From the NCBI GenBank assembly GCA_009392005.1, contig VFHL01000001.1:87966-151965 (forward strand): a stretch of 64,000 nt of DNA, given 5' to 3'. The position numbers and the translations under genes were made by a program. Shown piece after piece: positions 47,723 to 58,174 of the stretch; the stretch's first letter is position 1, and each line of letters opens with the position of its first letter. This DNA comes from SAR202 cluster bacterium (lineage in GTDB: Bacteria; Chloroflexota; Dehalococcoidia; UBA6926; VFHL01). The notes beneath the pieces were generated by a model. That model had not been told where the DNA came from. It was given only the letters and a program-made list of their open reading frames with translations, and did no database searches.

Positions 47723-48138
47723 GATTGTACCGCTCCCTCATCCGGAGGCAAAATCAATGTTGTTCGGCCCTGTAAAACTTCTTTTTGTCCATTCCAGGTT
47801 GAGAATTTTAATGTTACAAAAATCTTACCTGCACGTGCTGATTTCGTCGCGATTTCGGATTCGCACCTTAATTGGGTTTCGTGCCGAACAGCTCCCAAAA
47901 ATTCAAGGTCTTGTGAGGCGTGTAAAACTCCGGGTGTGAGGTCGAACTCCTTTAGTAAAGATCCCAAAGAGAGTGCTGCGATAGAGGATGGCGGCGCCAA
48001 ATCTGGTTCTGTCTCTAACAAGCTACTTTTGTCTCCAATAGCCAATCTGTACTGTTCCGATAGCTCTCGTGACAGTAAGAACGAAGTCTCAGGAAAAACA
48101 TGTCCTGCCGGCAGATCAACCAACCTGTTTTTGGTCAT
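47719..48138 (-). CDS. hotdog-fold protein, MaoC N-terminal-domain-like (putative partner subunit of a HadAB-type (3R)-hydroxyacyl dehydratase)
   Basis: Size, hotdog-like hydrophobic pattern and a 4-nt overlap with the MaoC gene. No catalytic motif. Confidence 0.5.
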   Translation of the reverse strand: MTKNRLVDLPAGHVFPETSFLLSRELSEQYRLAIGDKSSLLETEPDLAPPSSIAALSLGSLLKEFDLTPGVLHASQDLEFLGAVRHETQLRCESEIATKSARAGKIFVTLKFSTWNGQKEVLQGRTTLILPPDEGAVQS

Positions 48139-48355
48139 TCTAAATCCTAGGCTGGGGTATGTTCCAACGATACCATCCGTTGATCGAGTCGTAAAGATTC
48201 AAGGGTTGATGAAAAAACCTTTTGTGCGCGTCAAAATCAAAAAACATGTTTAGATTGACATGCAAGTCGTAGAGAAATTAAATATGAGAAGATATACTCT
48301 CGAGTGGTCTTCAAAATCTCTCTTATTCACGATTTGTTAAAGTGAGGTACATTTT

Positions 48356-49261
48356 ATGGCTGATATAAGTGGAATCATTATCTCTAGTGTGACACCATTC
48401 ACTCAATCCCATGAACTAGATGATGCATGGGTCGCAGAATACCTTTCGCATCTTTCAGATGGCGGGGTGCAGGGCGTTTTGGTTCTTGACACTGTTTCGG
48501 AAGGTCCGACGTTGTCCCTTGATGAAATGCAACGACTGGTTGATGCAACCTCTGAAAATATCGGTGGTCTACAGCACATCGTTGGTAGTGGTGCATCAGA
48601 TTTAAATGATTCCATAACAATCTTGTCGCATGGACTTGGTAAAGGTGCTGATGCTGTTTTATTGCGAACTCCTGGTAATGAATCCAATTCAAGTGAGGAC
48701 ATACAGTTCATATCAACGGTTTTACGTGAATTGCCTGATGGTGCTGCTGTCATTCTTGGTGGCGGAGTTGCGCCTGAGGCACAAGATCTGTCAGATGACT
48801 CAATCAACTCCTTGTTGGATCAAAGTGGAGATAAGATTATTGGCGTTCAATCTCGCTCAAAGGATGCTGAAGAGATAAAGCGTTTAATCGCAACATACTC
48901 AAATTTGGGAGTTTATACGGCTCTTGATGCGACGATGATTCAAGGATTTGGCCTTGGGGCTTCTGGAGCATTCAGCATTTTTGGAAATGTGGTTCCATCT
49001 TCAATAACTCAAATCGTCGAATTACATAAAGCAGGGGAAGATTTAGAGGATAAGATGTGGCTTCTAGATCAGCTAGAGGAAATATTCCATGAGCATGGAA
49101 TGATTGGGGCGGTTAAAGGCATAATGCCCCTTTTGGCTGAGCCCAGGATGACTTATCCGCGAGAGCCTAATATCATTCCGAGTTTAGGAGATTTGAAAAA
49201 ACTTGAAGACCGTATGATTGAAGTATTTAATCTTGATGGTTTATTCCATAGTTTCAGTTGA
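48356..49261 (+). CDS. dihydrodipicolinate synthase/N-acetylneuraminate lyase-family (DapA-like) TIM-barrel protein, divergent
   Basis: 'IISSVTPF', 'GVLVLDTVSEGPTLSLDEMQRLV', 'IIGVQSRSKD' resemble DHDPS-family 'GTTGESPTLS' and the Schiff-base Lys region, but are degenerate. Confidence 0.45.
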   Translation: MADISGIIISSVTPFTQSHELDDAWVAEYLSHLSDGGVQGVLVLDTVSEGPTLSLDEMQRLVDATSENIGGLQHIVGSGASDLNDSITILSHGLGKGADAVLLRTPGNESNSSEDIQFISTVLRELPDGAAVILGGGVAPEAQDLSDDSINSLLDQSGDKIIGVQSRSKDAEEIKRLIATYSNLGVYTALDATMIQGFGLGASGAFSIFGNVVPSSITQIVELHKAGEDLEDKMWLLDQLEEIFHEHGMIGAVKGIMPLLAEPRMTYPREPNIIPSLGDLKKLEDRMIEVFNLDGLFHSFS

Positions 49262-49317
49262 AGATCCTGTAATGCTCAAAATTTTCTCGCTTGCGATGCA
49301 TTGTGCAAGCAAGGTAT

Positions 49318-49343
49318 CATCCGATTGATACGGATGCTTTTTG
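49318..49343 (+). terminator. weak hairpin plus T-tract between the DapA-like gene and fabF
   Basis: 'catccg-attgata-cggatg' followed by 'ctttttg'. A 6-bp stem only. Confidence 0.25.
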
Positions 49344-49378
49344 TCAATGAGGAACCTTATTAAATCAGGAGGCTTTCA

Positions 49379-50614
49379 TTGAAACGTGTTGTAGTTACTG
49401 GCATTGGTATGGTGACTCCATTAGGGAACGACGTCTCTTCAAGTTGGCAAGCTCTTGTTTCAGGGCAGTCTGGTATAGCTCCAATCACTCGGTTTGATAC
49501 CGACGGGTTTCAAACGTCGATTGCCGCTGAAGTTTCTGGATTTGAACCAACGGACTATGTGAGCAAAAAGGAAGCACGTACCACGGATCCATTCATTCAG
49601 TTCGCAATTGCGGCTTCTGCACAAGCCGTAGAAAATGCTGATCTCAAAATATCATCGAGCAATGCTACAAGAATAGCGACTTTGATTGGTAGTGGCCTCG
49701 GTGGGGTTGCGACGATGGAACGAGAGAGTGAATCTTTGTTCAATAAAGGCCCTCGTCGGGTTAGCCCATTCCTCGTACCAATGATGGTTGCAGATATGGC
49801 AGCCGGGAAAGTTTCAATTCATCTAGGGACAAAAGGTCCAGCGATATGTATTACCTCCTCTTGTTGTAGCGGGTCTGATTCTATCGGCGAAGCAGCCGAA
49901 ATGATTAAACGTGGCGATGTAGATATCGCAATCGCGGGTGGAGCTGAAGCAACTATTACGCGTCTTGGGATTTCAGGATTCAGCGCTGCTGGGGCATTGT
50001 CGCGTCGCAATAGTGAGCCACAGCTGGCAAGTAGACCCTTTGATGCAGAGCGGGATGGTTTTGTTATGGGTGAGGGTGGAGCAGTTCTAGTGCTTGAGAG
50101 TTTAGAGCACGCTGAGCAACGTGGAGCAGATATTGTTGGCGAAATCGCTGGTTTTGGTTTTACGGCAGATGCTCATCATATTACGCAACCGTCTGAAGGA
50201 GGAGAGGGTGGAGTGCGATCGATGCGTTTAGCTATGGAAAATGCGAACCTTAGACCTGATGAGATTGATTACATTAATGCGCACGGCACTTCTACTCCAT
50301 ACAATGACCGATCGGAAACACAGGCAATAAAAACGGCATTTGGAGAAGCATCAGATCGTGTCGTTGTTAGCTCATCGAAGTCAATGACGGGTCATCTTCT
50401 TGGTGCAGGTGGTGCAATGGAAGCTGCCTTTTGTATCTTGGCAATTAGAGATGGCATTGTTCCTCCTACAATTAATCTTGAAAATCCCGATCCGGATTGT
50501 GATCTAGACTATGTTCCTCATGTCGCGCGTGAAATGCGCGTACGTACAGCTTTATCCAACTCTTTTGGGTTTGGGGGGCATAATACAGCACTTATTTTCA
50601 AAGAATTCTCTTAG
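49379..50614 (+). CDS. fabF: beta-ketoacyl-[ACP] synthase II
   Basis: 'KRVVVTGIGMVTPLGN', active-site Cys in 'ITSSCCSGSD', 'NAHGTSTPYND', C-terminal 'GFGGHN'. TTG start with AGGAGG RBS. Confidence 0.85.
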   Translation: MKRVVVTGIGMVTPLGNDVSSSWQALVSGQSGIAPITRFDTDGFQTSIAAEVSGFEPTDYVSKKEARTTDPFIQFAIAASAQAVENADLKISSSNATRIATLIGSGLGGVATMERESESLFNKGPRRVSPFLVPMMVADMAAGKVSIHLGTKGPAICITSSCCSGSDSIGEAAEMIKRGDVDIAIAGGAEATITRLGISGFSAAGALSRRNSEPQLASRPFDAERDGFVMGEGGAVLVLESLEHAEQRGADIVGEIAGFGFTADAHHITQPSEGGEGGVRSMRLAMENANLRPDEIDYINAHGTSTPYNDRSETQAIKTAFGEASDRVVVSSSKSMTGHLLGAGGAMEAAFCILAIRDGIVPPTINLENPDPDCDLDYVPHVAREMRVRTALSNSFGFGGHNTALIFKEFS

Positions 50615-50719
50615 AGCTTCAAGCGCAGTTTGCCGCTATTTTTGGGAGTCGGGTTTTTTTGTGGGACAAATGATTGAAATGAAAAGTTCTCATATAGTTT
50701 TTGTTGACAGGATTACTTG

Positions 50720-52396
50720 ATGAGCCCAAATCGCTGGCACGTTGCTGAGCAACTTCCTGATGAATTACCGGAAATCTTTAATGGCTTTTCACCGATCATC
50801 GCGCATATTCTCTTCAATCGTGGTTTAACCACACGAGAAGCATTAAAAACATACTTGACTATTGATAAAGATTTAACCGCAGACCCGCTACTACTTCCTG
50901 GAATGGATCAAGTGGTAACCAGGATCCTGTCGGCGGTAGCGTCCAATGAGTTGATTGGCATATATGGTGACTTCGATACTGATGGCGTTACGGCAACTGC
51001 CTTACTTGTTCAAGCGTTTGAAGAATTAGGGGTTTCTACTGTTCCTTATATTCCTCATCGTGTTGAAGAGGGCCACGGGTTAAATATTGCCGCGGTGAAT
51101 AGATTGCGAGATCAAGGATGCACAGTAATTATCACAGCTGACTGCGGTATCAATGGGATTGAAAATGGTGTTCTTCCTAAAGACGTTGACCTTATCGTTA
51201 CAGATCACCACCTCCCATCCGATGAAATTCCTTTGTATTTCGCTGCGATTAATGCTCATTTACCGAGTTCAGAATATCCATTCCCAGAACTCACAGGTGT
51301 TGGTATTGCGTTCAAACTTGTGGAAGCCATATTTGCAGAATTAGGGCGTGACTTGCAACCAGAGTACCTAGAACTGGTAGCGTTAGGGACCATTGCTGAT
51401 GTGGGATCCCTGACAGGTGAAAATCGGTATTTAGTTCATCACGGTTTGGACGTCCTAAGGCGGACAGAAAGAGCTGGGCTTCGCGCGCTTGCGGACGTTG
51501 CACGGGTGTCACTTGAAAATGTGGATGCAGAGGGGATTGGGTTTTCTTTGTCTCCTCGACTGAATGCTGCGGGTCGCATGCAACATGCAATGACTAGCTT
51601 TCGGCTTCTTACGACGGACTCCGATCAAGAGGCACGGAAGCTAGCCTTAGAGCTTGAAAATATGAATTTGCAGCGTCGCAACCTTACGAATTCACTGTTG
51701 GAGAAAGCGTATGGTCAGATCAATGATTTAGATCCACTTCCCTCTCTTTTGATGGTTGGTGGTCCTGAATTCTTACCAGGTATTTGTGGTCTCGTTGCAG
51801 GCCGAATTGCCGAAGAATTATATATTCCCGCTATTTCGTATCGATTAGACGGGGAGTTTACTACCGGTAGTGCTCGTAGCATTCCAGAATTCAATATTAC
51901 AGCTGCTTTAGATGAATGCGCTGATTTGTTGGTGCAATATGGCGGTCACCACCAAGCAGCTGGCTTTAAAGTGGAAACCGGGAAACTGCCTTTATTGCGG
52001 GAACGTCTGGAAGAGATTGCGTCCAAGCAGCTAACTTCCCTTTCTTTAGAGCCGACTATTGATATTGACAAGGAAGTTTCTCTTGTAGATTTGTCGACTG
52101 ATCTGATGGAATATTTAGTGCAATTAGAACCGTGTGGCGAAGGCAATCGGCAGCCGGTTTTCCTTTCAATGAATGTGAAGGTTGTTGACCGTCACCGAAT
52201 GGGAGACGGTTCTCATGTTCGTCTCCAATTGAATGAAGGCGGCGTTACACGTGAAGCAGTCGCTTTTCGTCAAGGTCACCGCTGGGATGAAATGACGGAG
52301 TTTTTAGATGTCGTATATCGTCTCCGGGAAAACCGATGGCGTGGAAAGTCAACCTTACAAATGAACATAATCGACTTTAGAGAAACATCGCTATAA
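50720..52396 (+). CDS. recJ: single-stranded-DNA-specific exonuclease RecJ
   Basis: 'IYGDFDTDGVTATALL' (DHH motif I-II), 'DHH', 'GGHHQAAGF' (DHHA1), C-terminal OB-like domain. Confidence 0.85.
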   Translation: MSPNRWHVAEQLPDELPEIFNGFSPIIAHILFNRGLTTREALKTYLTIDKDLTADPLLLPGMDQVVTRILSAVASNELIGIYGDFDTDGVTATALLVQAFEELGVSTVPYIPHRVEEGHGLNIAAVNRLRDQGCTVIITADCGINGIENGVLPKDVDLIVTDHHLPSDEIPLYFAAINAHLPSSEYPFPELTGVGIAFKLVEAIFAELGRDLQPEYLELVALGTIADVGSLTGENRYLVHHGLDVLRRTERAGLRALADVARVSLENVDAEGIGFSLSPRLNAAGRMQHAMTSFRLLTTDSDQEARKLALELENMNLQRRNLTNSLLEKAYGQINDLDPLPSLLMVGGPEFLPGICGLVAGRIAEELYIPAISYRLDGEFTTGSARSIPEFNITAALDECADLLVQYGGHHQAAGFKVETGKLPLLRERLEEIASKQLTSLSLEPTIDIDKEVSLVDLSTDLMEYLVQLEPCGEGNRQPVFLSMNVKVVDRHRMGDGSHVRLQLNEGGVTREAVAFRQGHRWDEMTEFLDVVYRLRENRWRGKSTLQMNIIDFRETSL

Positions 52397-52425
52397 TTTG
52401 GAGTGTAGTTGGTTCCGCTTCTCGT

Positions 52426-54765
52426 TTATTCCGAAGGTGAGAGTGTTTGTTGCGCTTCGCTGGCTTCAGCAATATCATCCCAGTTCCAGAAAAGTGGTCG
52501 ATACGTTCCGTTGAAATAATCGTCTAACATGTCAGAATAATGTGGACTGGCGACATGTCCCGATTGTCCAGGTGGAACAATGAAAACTGATTTGTTTACA
52601 TCACTCAAATCAATAATCTGTCTGTAGGTGACTGTTGATCCGGCTCTAAATTGCGGTGCTCCACCGTGGCGGGTATTGTTTACTGTTTCTCCTGATCCTC
52701 CAGTACGAAACGGTCCCCGGTTCAGAAGTGTTCCAGCAGGCTCGGTACGCCCAACACCATGACGAAATTGGATTGCATGAAGATCTCCCCATTGCCATTT
52801 TTGGGTATCCTTTCCTAGTTCTTTCACAAGAAAAGCGCCAGCATTATCTAATGCTTCTGCCAATATTGAGTCCCAATCACTAAATGGAAATGCTTCATGA
52901 TTCAATAATGTGGTGTCGTTGCTGAGAATCATACCGAGAACAGCATTCATATAGGTTTGGATTGTTTCATTTGCTGGCTTGGGTTCGGGCATCCATTCAG
53001 CAATTCGCCCTAAGGTACTCTGGAAAATCTCTGATAGGAGAACTTCGTACGCGGCTCCTCCATTTGAAGAGGCATCATGTTGGCCATCCCAATCAATCAG
53101 TAAGTCGCGTGTAATGATTCCATCGGGAGTAGTAGGATTTACAGTTTTTGTGCGATGTGCCATTCGTAGACCTGGACCATTGAGGTGATCCATTTGAATG
53201 TCCCTAAAATCATTGCGTGAGAAAGATGTTTTTTCAGAAAGCATTTGGGCGACGCGACGTGCACGGTCGGGATTTCCGATCGCATTAACGTAGTGAGGGT
53301 AGTCAAATGGCGCGATTAAGTTGTTTGACGTGTTGATGAAGTGTTCGGGAGGGTTAATAACTTCGGGCATTTCGTCAAAAGGCACGGTATCGATCCATTC
53401 ATGTTCGCCAGTCCATCCGAGGACAGGGAAATGCGCGGGACCACCTTTTCTAATTGGTAATTGTCCTGTCAGGCGATATCCAATGTTACCAGTATCATCG
53501 GCGATGATTTTGTTAGTGTGGCTAGTCCATTGTTGATGTGCGTCAATCGCGCTCCGAAGATTTTTTGCCGAGTGCAACGCAATGAAACTGCTAAATGTTT
53601 GTTGGATTTCATTTCCAGACCATTTCAAAGCTATGTGTGGAGCATCTGAGTTGATATCACCAGAAACGATTGGACCGTGGTGTGTTTCAACAACTTGTTC
53701 AATAATTGGGTCAGCGCGCCCTTTCACCTCTATTTTTTCTTCGTGCACTGTTGTATCTTGCCATTTTCCTTTAAACAAATATTGTGGAGGGTTGCCATCC
53801 CGTAAGTTTTCCAAGAACAGATCTTGCGCATCAGCTCCGGCCGTAGTCATGCTCCATGCCGTGTGACCATTGTGACCATAATAACTTACTCCAGGGACAC
53901 CGGGCATTGATGCGCCAGCGAATGCGAATTCTGGTCCCTCAATGTGTTGGGCGTACCAAAAGCACGGAATTGTTATTGCAAGATGGGGATCTCCCGCAAT
54001 TAGTGGAGCGCCTGATTCTGTCAAAGTCCCGTCAACGACCCAGTTGTTCGAACCATTGAATTCCGATAATCCTGATATTTGGTGAGCTGATTCAAATAGT
54101 TTGAGGATATCTTCCATTGGTCTTTCCCCTGCGGGTTGTCCATGTGGAACAATTGTGGGTGCATCAGACGGATAATATGGGAAGAGCTTTGCAAACAATT
54201 CTGGACCTAAAGATTGAAGCATACGTAGCCGCCCCAGTTTTATTTGTCCATTAATTGCCTGTGAATAGCAGATCAGTTTCCAACGTCCTGTGACGTCTTC
54301 GGGTGTCCATTGATCAGGTGTGTAATCCAGTAAATCAAACTCAATGGGGAGAGGGTTTCCCAAGTCTAGATAGGAATTAACTCCCGCAACATATGCTTCG
54401 ACTACCGTACGGCCCTCTTTCTCTACGTGAGGCCATTCATTTCGTGCGGCGCGCATCAGGCCAACTCTGCGGTAGAGCCGGTCTGGTCCAAGCCCTCCCT
54501 CTCCAACTATTTCAGCGAGGGTTCCATGATAAAAACGGCGCGTTCGCTCCATACCCCATAGACGATCAAGTGCGTGTAAATAACCTTGAGCGAACCACAT
54601 GTCAGAAGTCGAAGTGACTTTAGCGTGTGGTACGCCATGTACGTCCCAAATGATTTGTACAGGGCCATCCAAGCCTTTTAAACTAAGATCCTTTTCTCTA
54701 TCAGGCAGCCTTTTTTCGGCCTCGGCCTTCAAGCTTTCCAGTTCGTTTGATTCCTGAGGACTCAT
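52426..54765 (-). CDS. penicillin acylase-family Ntn hydrolase (penicillin amidase/AHL-acylase-like), no recognisable signal peptide
   Basis: 'DGPVQIIWDVHGVPHA', 'DRLWGMERTRR', nucleophile region 'GSNNWVV'. The N-terminus 'MSPQESNELESLKAEAEKRL' is hydrophilic. Confidence 0.75.
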   Translation of the reverse strand: MSPQESNELESLKAEAEKRLPDREKDLSLKGLDGPVQIIWDVHGVPHAKVTSTSDMWFAQGYLHALDRLWGMERTRRFYHGTLAEIVGEGGLGPDRLYRRVGLMRAARNEWPHVEKEGRTVVEAYVAGVNSYLDLGNPLPIEFDLLDYTPDQWTPEDVTGRWKLICYSQAINGQIKLGRLRMLQSLGPELFAKLFPYYPSDAPTIVPHGQPAGERPMEDILKLFESAHQISGLSEFNGSNNWVVDGTLTESGAPLIAGDPHLAITIPCFWYAQHIEGPEFAFAGASMPGVPGVSYYGHNGHTAWSMTTAGADAQDLFLENLRDGNPPQYLFKGKWQDTTVHEEKIEVKGRADPIIEQVVETHHGPIVSGDINSDAPHIALKWSGNEIQQTFSSFIALHSAKNLRSAIDAHQQWTSHTNKIIADDTGNIGYRLTGQLPIRKGGPAHFPVLGWTGEHEWIDTVPFDEMPEVINPPEHFINTSNNLIAPFDYPHYVNAIGNPDRARRVAQMLSEKTSFSRNDFRDIQMDHLNGPGLRMAHRTKTVNPTTPDGIITRDLLIDWDGQHDASSNGGAAYEVLLSEIFQSTLGRIAEWMPEPKPANETIQTYMNAVLGMILSNDTTLLNHEAFPFSDWDSILAEALDNAGAFLVKELGKDTQKWQWGDLHAIQFRHGVGRTEPAGTLLNRGPFRTGGSGETVNNTRHGGAPQFRAGSTVTYRQIIDLSDVNKSVFIVPPGQSGHVASPHYSDMLDDYFNGTYRPLFWNWDDIAEASEAQQTLSPSE

Positions 54766-54940
54766 AGTGTGTGCTCTCCTGTGAAATCTGGATTGGAATT
54801 ATTGTAGCATTGCCTCTTCGCAATATTTCATGATCAACTGGATAAATCAAAAGTATAATATTGTTATTTCAATATGCTATATAGCTATAATCGACCAAGT
54901 CTTGTACACAATCAAATTTTTGATTGGAGAGAGGAGATGG

Positions 54941-55252
54941 ATGTCTAATTTGATAAAAGTTGCGACAGTGAGTGATTTAGAACCAGGTGAATTTAAGCAT
55001 GTCGTAGCTGATAAAGTTTCGGCTGTTTTATTCAATGTGAATGGAACCTATTATGCGATCGATGCCAAGTGCTCTCATCGAGGAGGCGATCTCTTTGAAG
55101 GAGAACTAGATGGTGCATGTATTGTGTGTCCATTGCATGGCGCTCGTTTTGATGTTCGGACAGGAGTTAAAGAACGTGGGAAGCCTGATCAGAATATTGC
55201 CAGCTACGATGTGCACATTGAAGGCGAAAATATTTTAATCAGCACGATTTAG
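54941..55252 (+). CDS. Rieske [2Fe-2S] ferredoxin-like protein
   Basis: 'CSHRGGDL...CIVCPLHGARF' are Rieske CXH...CXXH ligands. GAGAGGAG RBS upstream of ATG 54941. Confidence 0.75.
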   Translation: MSNLIKVATVSDLEPGEFKHVVADKVSAVLFNVNGTYYAIDAKCSHRGGDLFEGELDGACIVCPLHGARFDVRTGVKERGKPDQNIASYDVHIEGENILISTI

Positions 55253-55270
55253 CAGATATTTCTACGAAAT

Positions 55271-56527
55271 CTAATGATCTACTGCACCAAATAAAACGCA
55301 TGCGTTTTGTCCACCAAACCCAAAGCTGTTGCTTAACACATGGTGGACGCTGACGCTGCGTGCTTCACCAGGAACGTAATCCAAATCACACGCGGGATCA
55401 GGGTTTTCGTAGTTAGTCGTTGGGTGTATCGTATTGGTCTGAATTGATTGTACGGCGACTACGGCTTCCATCCCCCCTGCTGCACCAAGACCGTGGCCAA
55501 TCATTGATTTTGTGGAGCTAATTGGGATCGATGATGCAATGTCCCCAAAAGCCCGCTTGATTGCCTGTGTTTCTGAAGCATCATTTAATTGTGTTGAGGT
55601 TCCGTGGGCATTGATATAATCAACGTCCTTTGCTTGAATGCGCGCATCTTGGAGTGTCCACTCAATCACTTGAGCTGCTCCTGCCCCTTCACTATCAGGT
55701 TGTACTAAGTCGCGAGCGTCAGAAGATGCTCCAGAGCCCAAGACTTCGGCAAGGATTGGAGCTCCCCGCGCCTTTGCCCGATCCAATCTTTCTAAAATGA
55801 GTATGCCTGCTCCCTCACCAGGAACAAATCCATCTCGGTTCAAATCAAATGGTCGGCTCGCGGTTTGCGGGTTATCATTGCTTGTTGAAAGTGCTCTCAT
55901 CGCACAAAAGCCAGCGAGTCCAATCGGGCTGATCCCTGCCTCCGTGCCTCCTGTTACGGCAATTTCTGCGCGCCCACTCCGAATAACTTCTGCAGCATCA
56001 CCAATTGCTTGAGTGCCTGCAGCGCATGCAGTGACAACAGTGGAATTGTAGCCTTGGAGCTCAAATTCGATAGCGACGTTAGCTGACGCCATGTTGGGCA
56101 ATATTCGCGGAATAAAAGTGGGGCTTACTTTAGACCATCCTCTTTCCTGAAGGATTAGAGTTTGTTCCGCGGTGAGTCCGAATCCACCATTACCGTTACC
56201 AATTACTACAGCGATACGCGATTTGTCTTCATTGTCGAGGTCAAGATCTGCATTTTTCATTGCATCTTGTGCAGCTGCTGTGGCTAACTGTGAAAAGCGA
56301 TCTTGACGGCGAATTTGTTTTGCCGTGAGGTAGTCTTCCGGGTGAAACTCTCGAGCTTCTCCAGCAATTTTTGTTGGAAAATTCTCAGTATCAAATGTGC
56401 TGATGTAATCAATTCCAGATTTTCCGGCAATTAGTGATTCCCAAAATTGGCTCACTGTATTTCCTAACGGCGATATGATTCCCATACCTGTAATTACGAC
56501 ACGATTTTCATCAGAGCGTTCAATCAT
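55271..56527 (-). CDS. beta-ketoacyl-[ACP] synthase II paralog
   Basis: 'VVITGMGIISPLGN', active site 'VTACAAGTQA', 'NAHGTSTQLND', 'GFGGQN'. Confidence 0.8.
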   Translation of the reverse strand: MIERSDENRVVITGMGIISPLGNTVSQFWESLIAGKSGIDYISTFDTENFPTKIAGEAREFHPEDYLTAKQIRRQDRFSQLATAAAQDAMKNADLDLDNEDKSRIAVVIGNGNGGFGLTAEQTLILQERGWSKVSPTFIPRILPNMASANVAIEFELQGYNSTVVTACAAGTQAIGDAAEVIRSGRAEIAVTGGTEAGISPIGLAGFCAMRALSTSNDNPQTASRPFDLNRDGFVPGEGAGILILERLDRAKARGAPILAEVLGSGASSDARDLVQPDSEGAGAAQVIEWTLQDARIQAKDVDYINAHGTSTQLNDASETQAIKRAFGDIASSIPISSTKSMIGHGLGAAGGMEAVVAVQSIQTNTIHPTTNYENPDPACDLDYVPGEARSVSVHHVLSNSFGFGGQNACVLFGAVDH

Positions 56528-56563
56528 GATCTAATCTCAAACTTTCATTCATCTTCATTGATC

Positions 56564-57916
56564 TTATTGCACGTACAATTCAGGTTCAATCCCTAAGATT
56601 CTTTCTCGTGCTTCAGAAATCACGAACAGCGAACCTGTCACGAGGATTATGTCGTCCTCTTTTGCACGATTCATAGCTTCCTTTAAAGCGAGATCAATCT
56701 TTGGGATCGGTTGTGTTGGGTGCCCATAATTTTCAAATTCAGTAGCGATATATTCGGGATCAACCGAACGAGGATGTCGGGATCGAGTGCTGATCACTGT
56801 TGAAGACAAAGGGGCCCATTCTTTGATCATACTGGTTAAATCTTTGTCCGATGAAAAGCCGACAATGAGGTGCAATGAGCTATATTCGTAATATTCGTTT
56901 ATGGCCTCACGTAATTTTTTCGCTGACCAGATATTGTGGGCTCCATCAATGATTATACGAGGTTTCTTCTGTAATTCCTCAAGTCGACCAGGCCATAATA
57001 CATTTGCCAAGCCGTGGTAGATTCCATCATATGGGATTGGATACCCTCTAATTCGTAGGGATTCAAGCGCTGTTATTGCGAGAGCAGCATTCTCTAGCTG
57101 GTGCATGCCAAGTAACGGAATTCGCACGTGATGGTCAAATGGTCGATCGAGAACCTGACCTGATATTTGTACTTCTTGCATTTCTGAGTTGAAATCGGTT
57201 CTATTGAATTGCACGTCTCGTCCGATAAGGACCATTGGCGCGGATCGATTCTCACTAATCTCTTCAAGAACGGCAAGAGCTTCTGGTTGTTGATCTGCGG
57301 TTATTATCGGTACTTTGGGCTTGATGATGCCAGCCTTCTCACGCGCGATCTCCTGCAATGTGTCGCCTAGGATATCGGTGTGATCCAAGCTTAACGAAGT
57401 GATAATCGTAATCTCCGGTTCTACGACGTTAGTTGCGTCTAGGCGGCCGCCCAAACCGACTTCTAGTACTTGGAATTCCACGTTCTCTTTTGAGAAATAA
57501 ATAAATGCTAATGCTGTTAAGGCCTCAAATGTTGTTATTGGACTTTCAGGTATTTTCGTATTAATTAGTTCTATTGAATCCCACATTGCGTCCACGGTTG
57601 ACGAGAAATCATCTTGAGTGATTGGAATTCCATTTATTGAAATGCGCTCACGCATGGTATGCAGATGAGGCGAAATGAATAGTCCAGTGTCATAGCCGCT
57701 CATCGCTAGGCCTGAAGCAATCATGGCGCTTGTGCTGCCCTTACCTTTTGTTCCGGCGATATGGACGGTGGGTTGTTTGATATGTGGGTTACCTAACTGT
57801 TCGAGTAACTCACGCATGCGTTGTAGGTCAAAGGCAGCAGAAGTATATGCGCCTCGTGGAAGACGTTCGTAATTCGTCAAACCTAGTACATTGTTAAGGG
57901 CCGTTTGATAGTCCAA
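56564..57916 (-). CDS. folC: bifunctional folylpolyglutamate synthase/dihydrofolate synthase
   Basis: 'HIAGTKGKGSTSAMIASGL' P-loop, 'ISPHL' motif, Mur-ligase architecture. Confidence 0.85.
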   Translation of the reverse strand: MDYQTALNNVLGLTNYERLPRGAYTSAAFDLQRMRELLEQLGNPHIKQPTVHIAGTKGKGSTSAMIASGLAMSGYDTGLFISPHLHTMRERISINGIPITQDDFSSTVDAMWDSIELINTKIPESPITTFEALTALAFIYFSKENVEFQVLEVGLGGRLDATNVVEPEITIITSLSLDHTDILGDTLQEIAREKAGIIKPKVPIITADQQPEALAVLEEISENRSAPMVLIGRDVQFNRTDFNSEMQEVQISGQVLDRPFDHHVRIPLLGMHQLENAALAITALESLRIRGYPIPYDGIYHGLANVLWPGRLEELQKKPRIIIDGAHNIWSAKKLREAINEYYEYSSLHLIVGFSSDKDLTSMIKEWAPLSSTVISTRSRHPRSVDPEYIATEFENYGHPTQPIPKIDLALKEAMNRAKEDDIILVTGSLFVISEARERILGIEPELYVQ

Positions 57917-58174
57917 ATCAACACCTTTTATGATTGTCGCAAGGTTACGGTAGGAATTATGGAACTGTCAATTTCTATTAACCTGCCTAATGCAATCTAA
58001 TGTGCTTGCTCGAATACAACTTATAAATATATAATTTCGGTTACCATTTTTTATATAGATAAGGATATATTCAAACGGTCTTAGGAATTCGTAGTAATGA
58101 GGTTTGATTTTGGCCTGCGCAATTGTTGTAAGTGCGTTTGTCCCGATCACAGGAGTTTAAATTAGGAGTTATTC

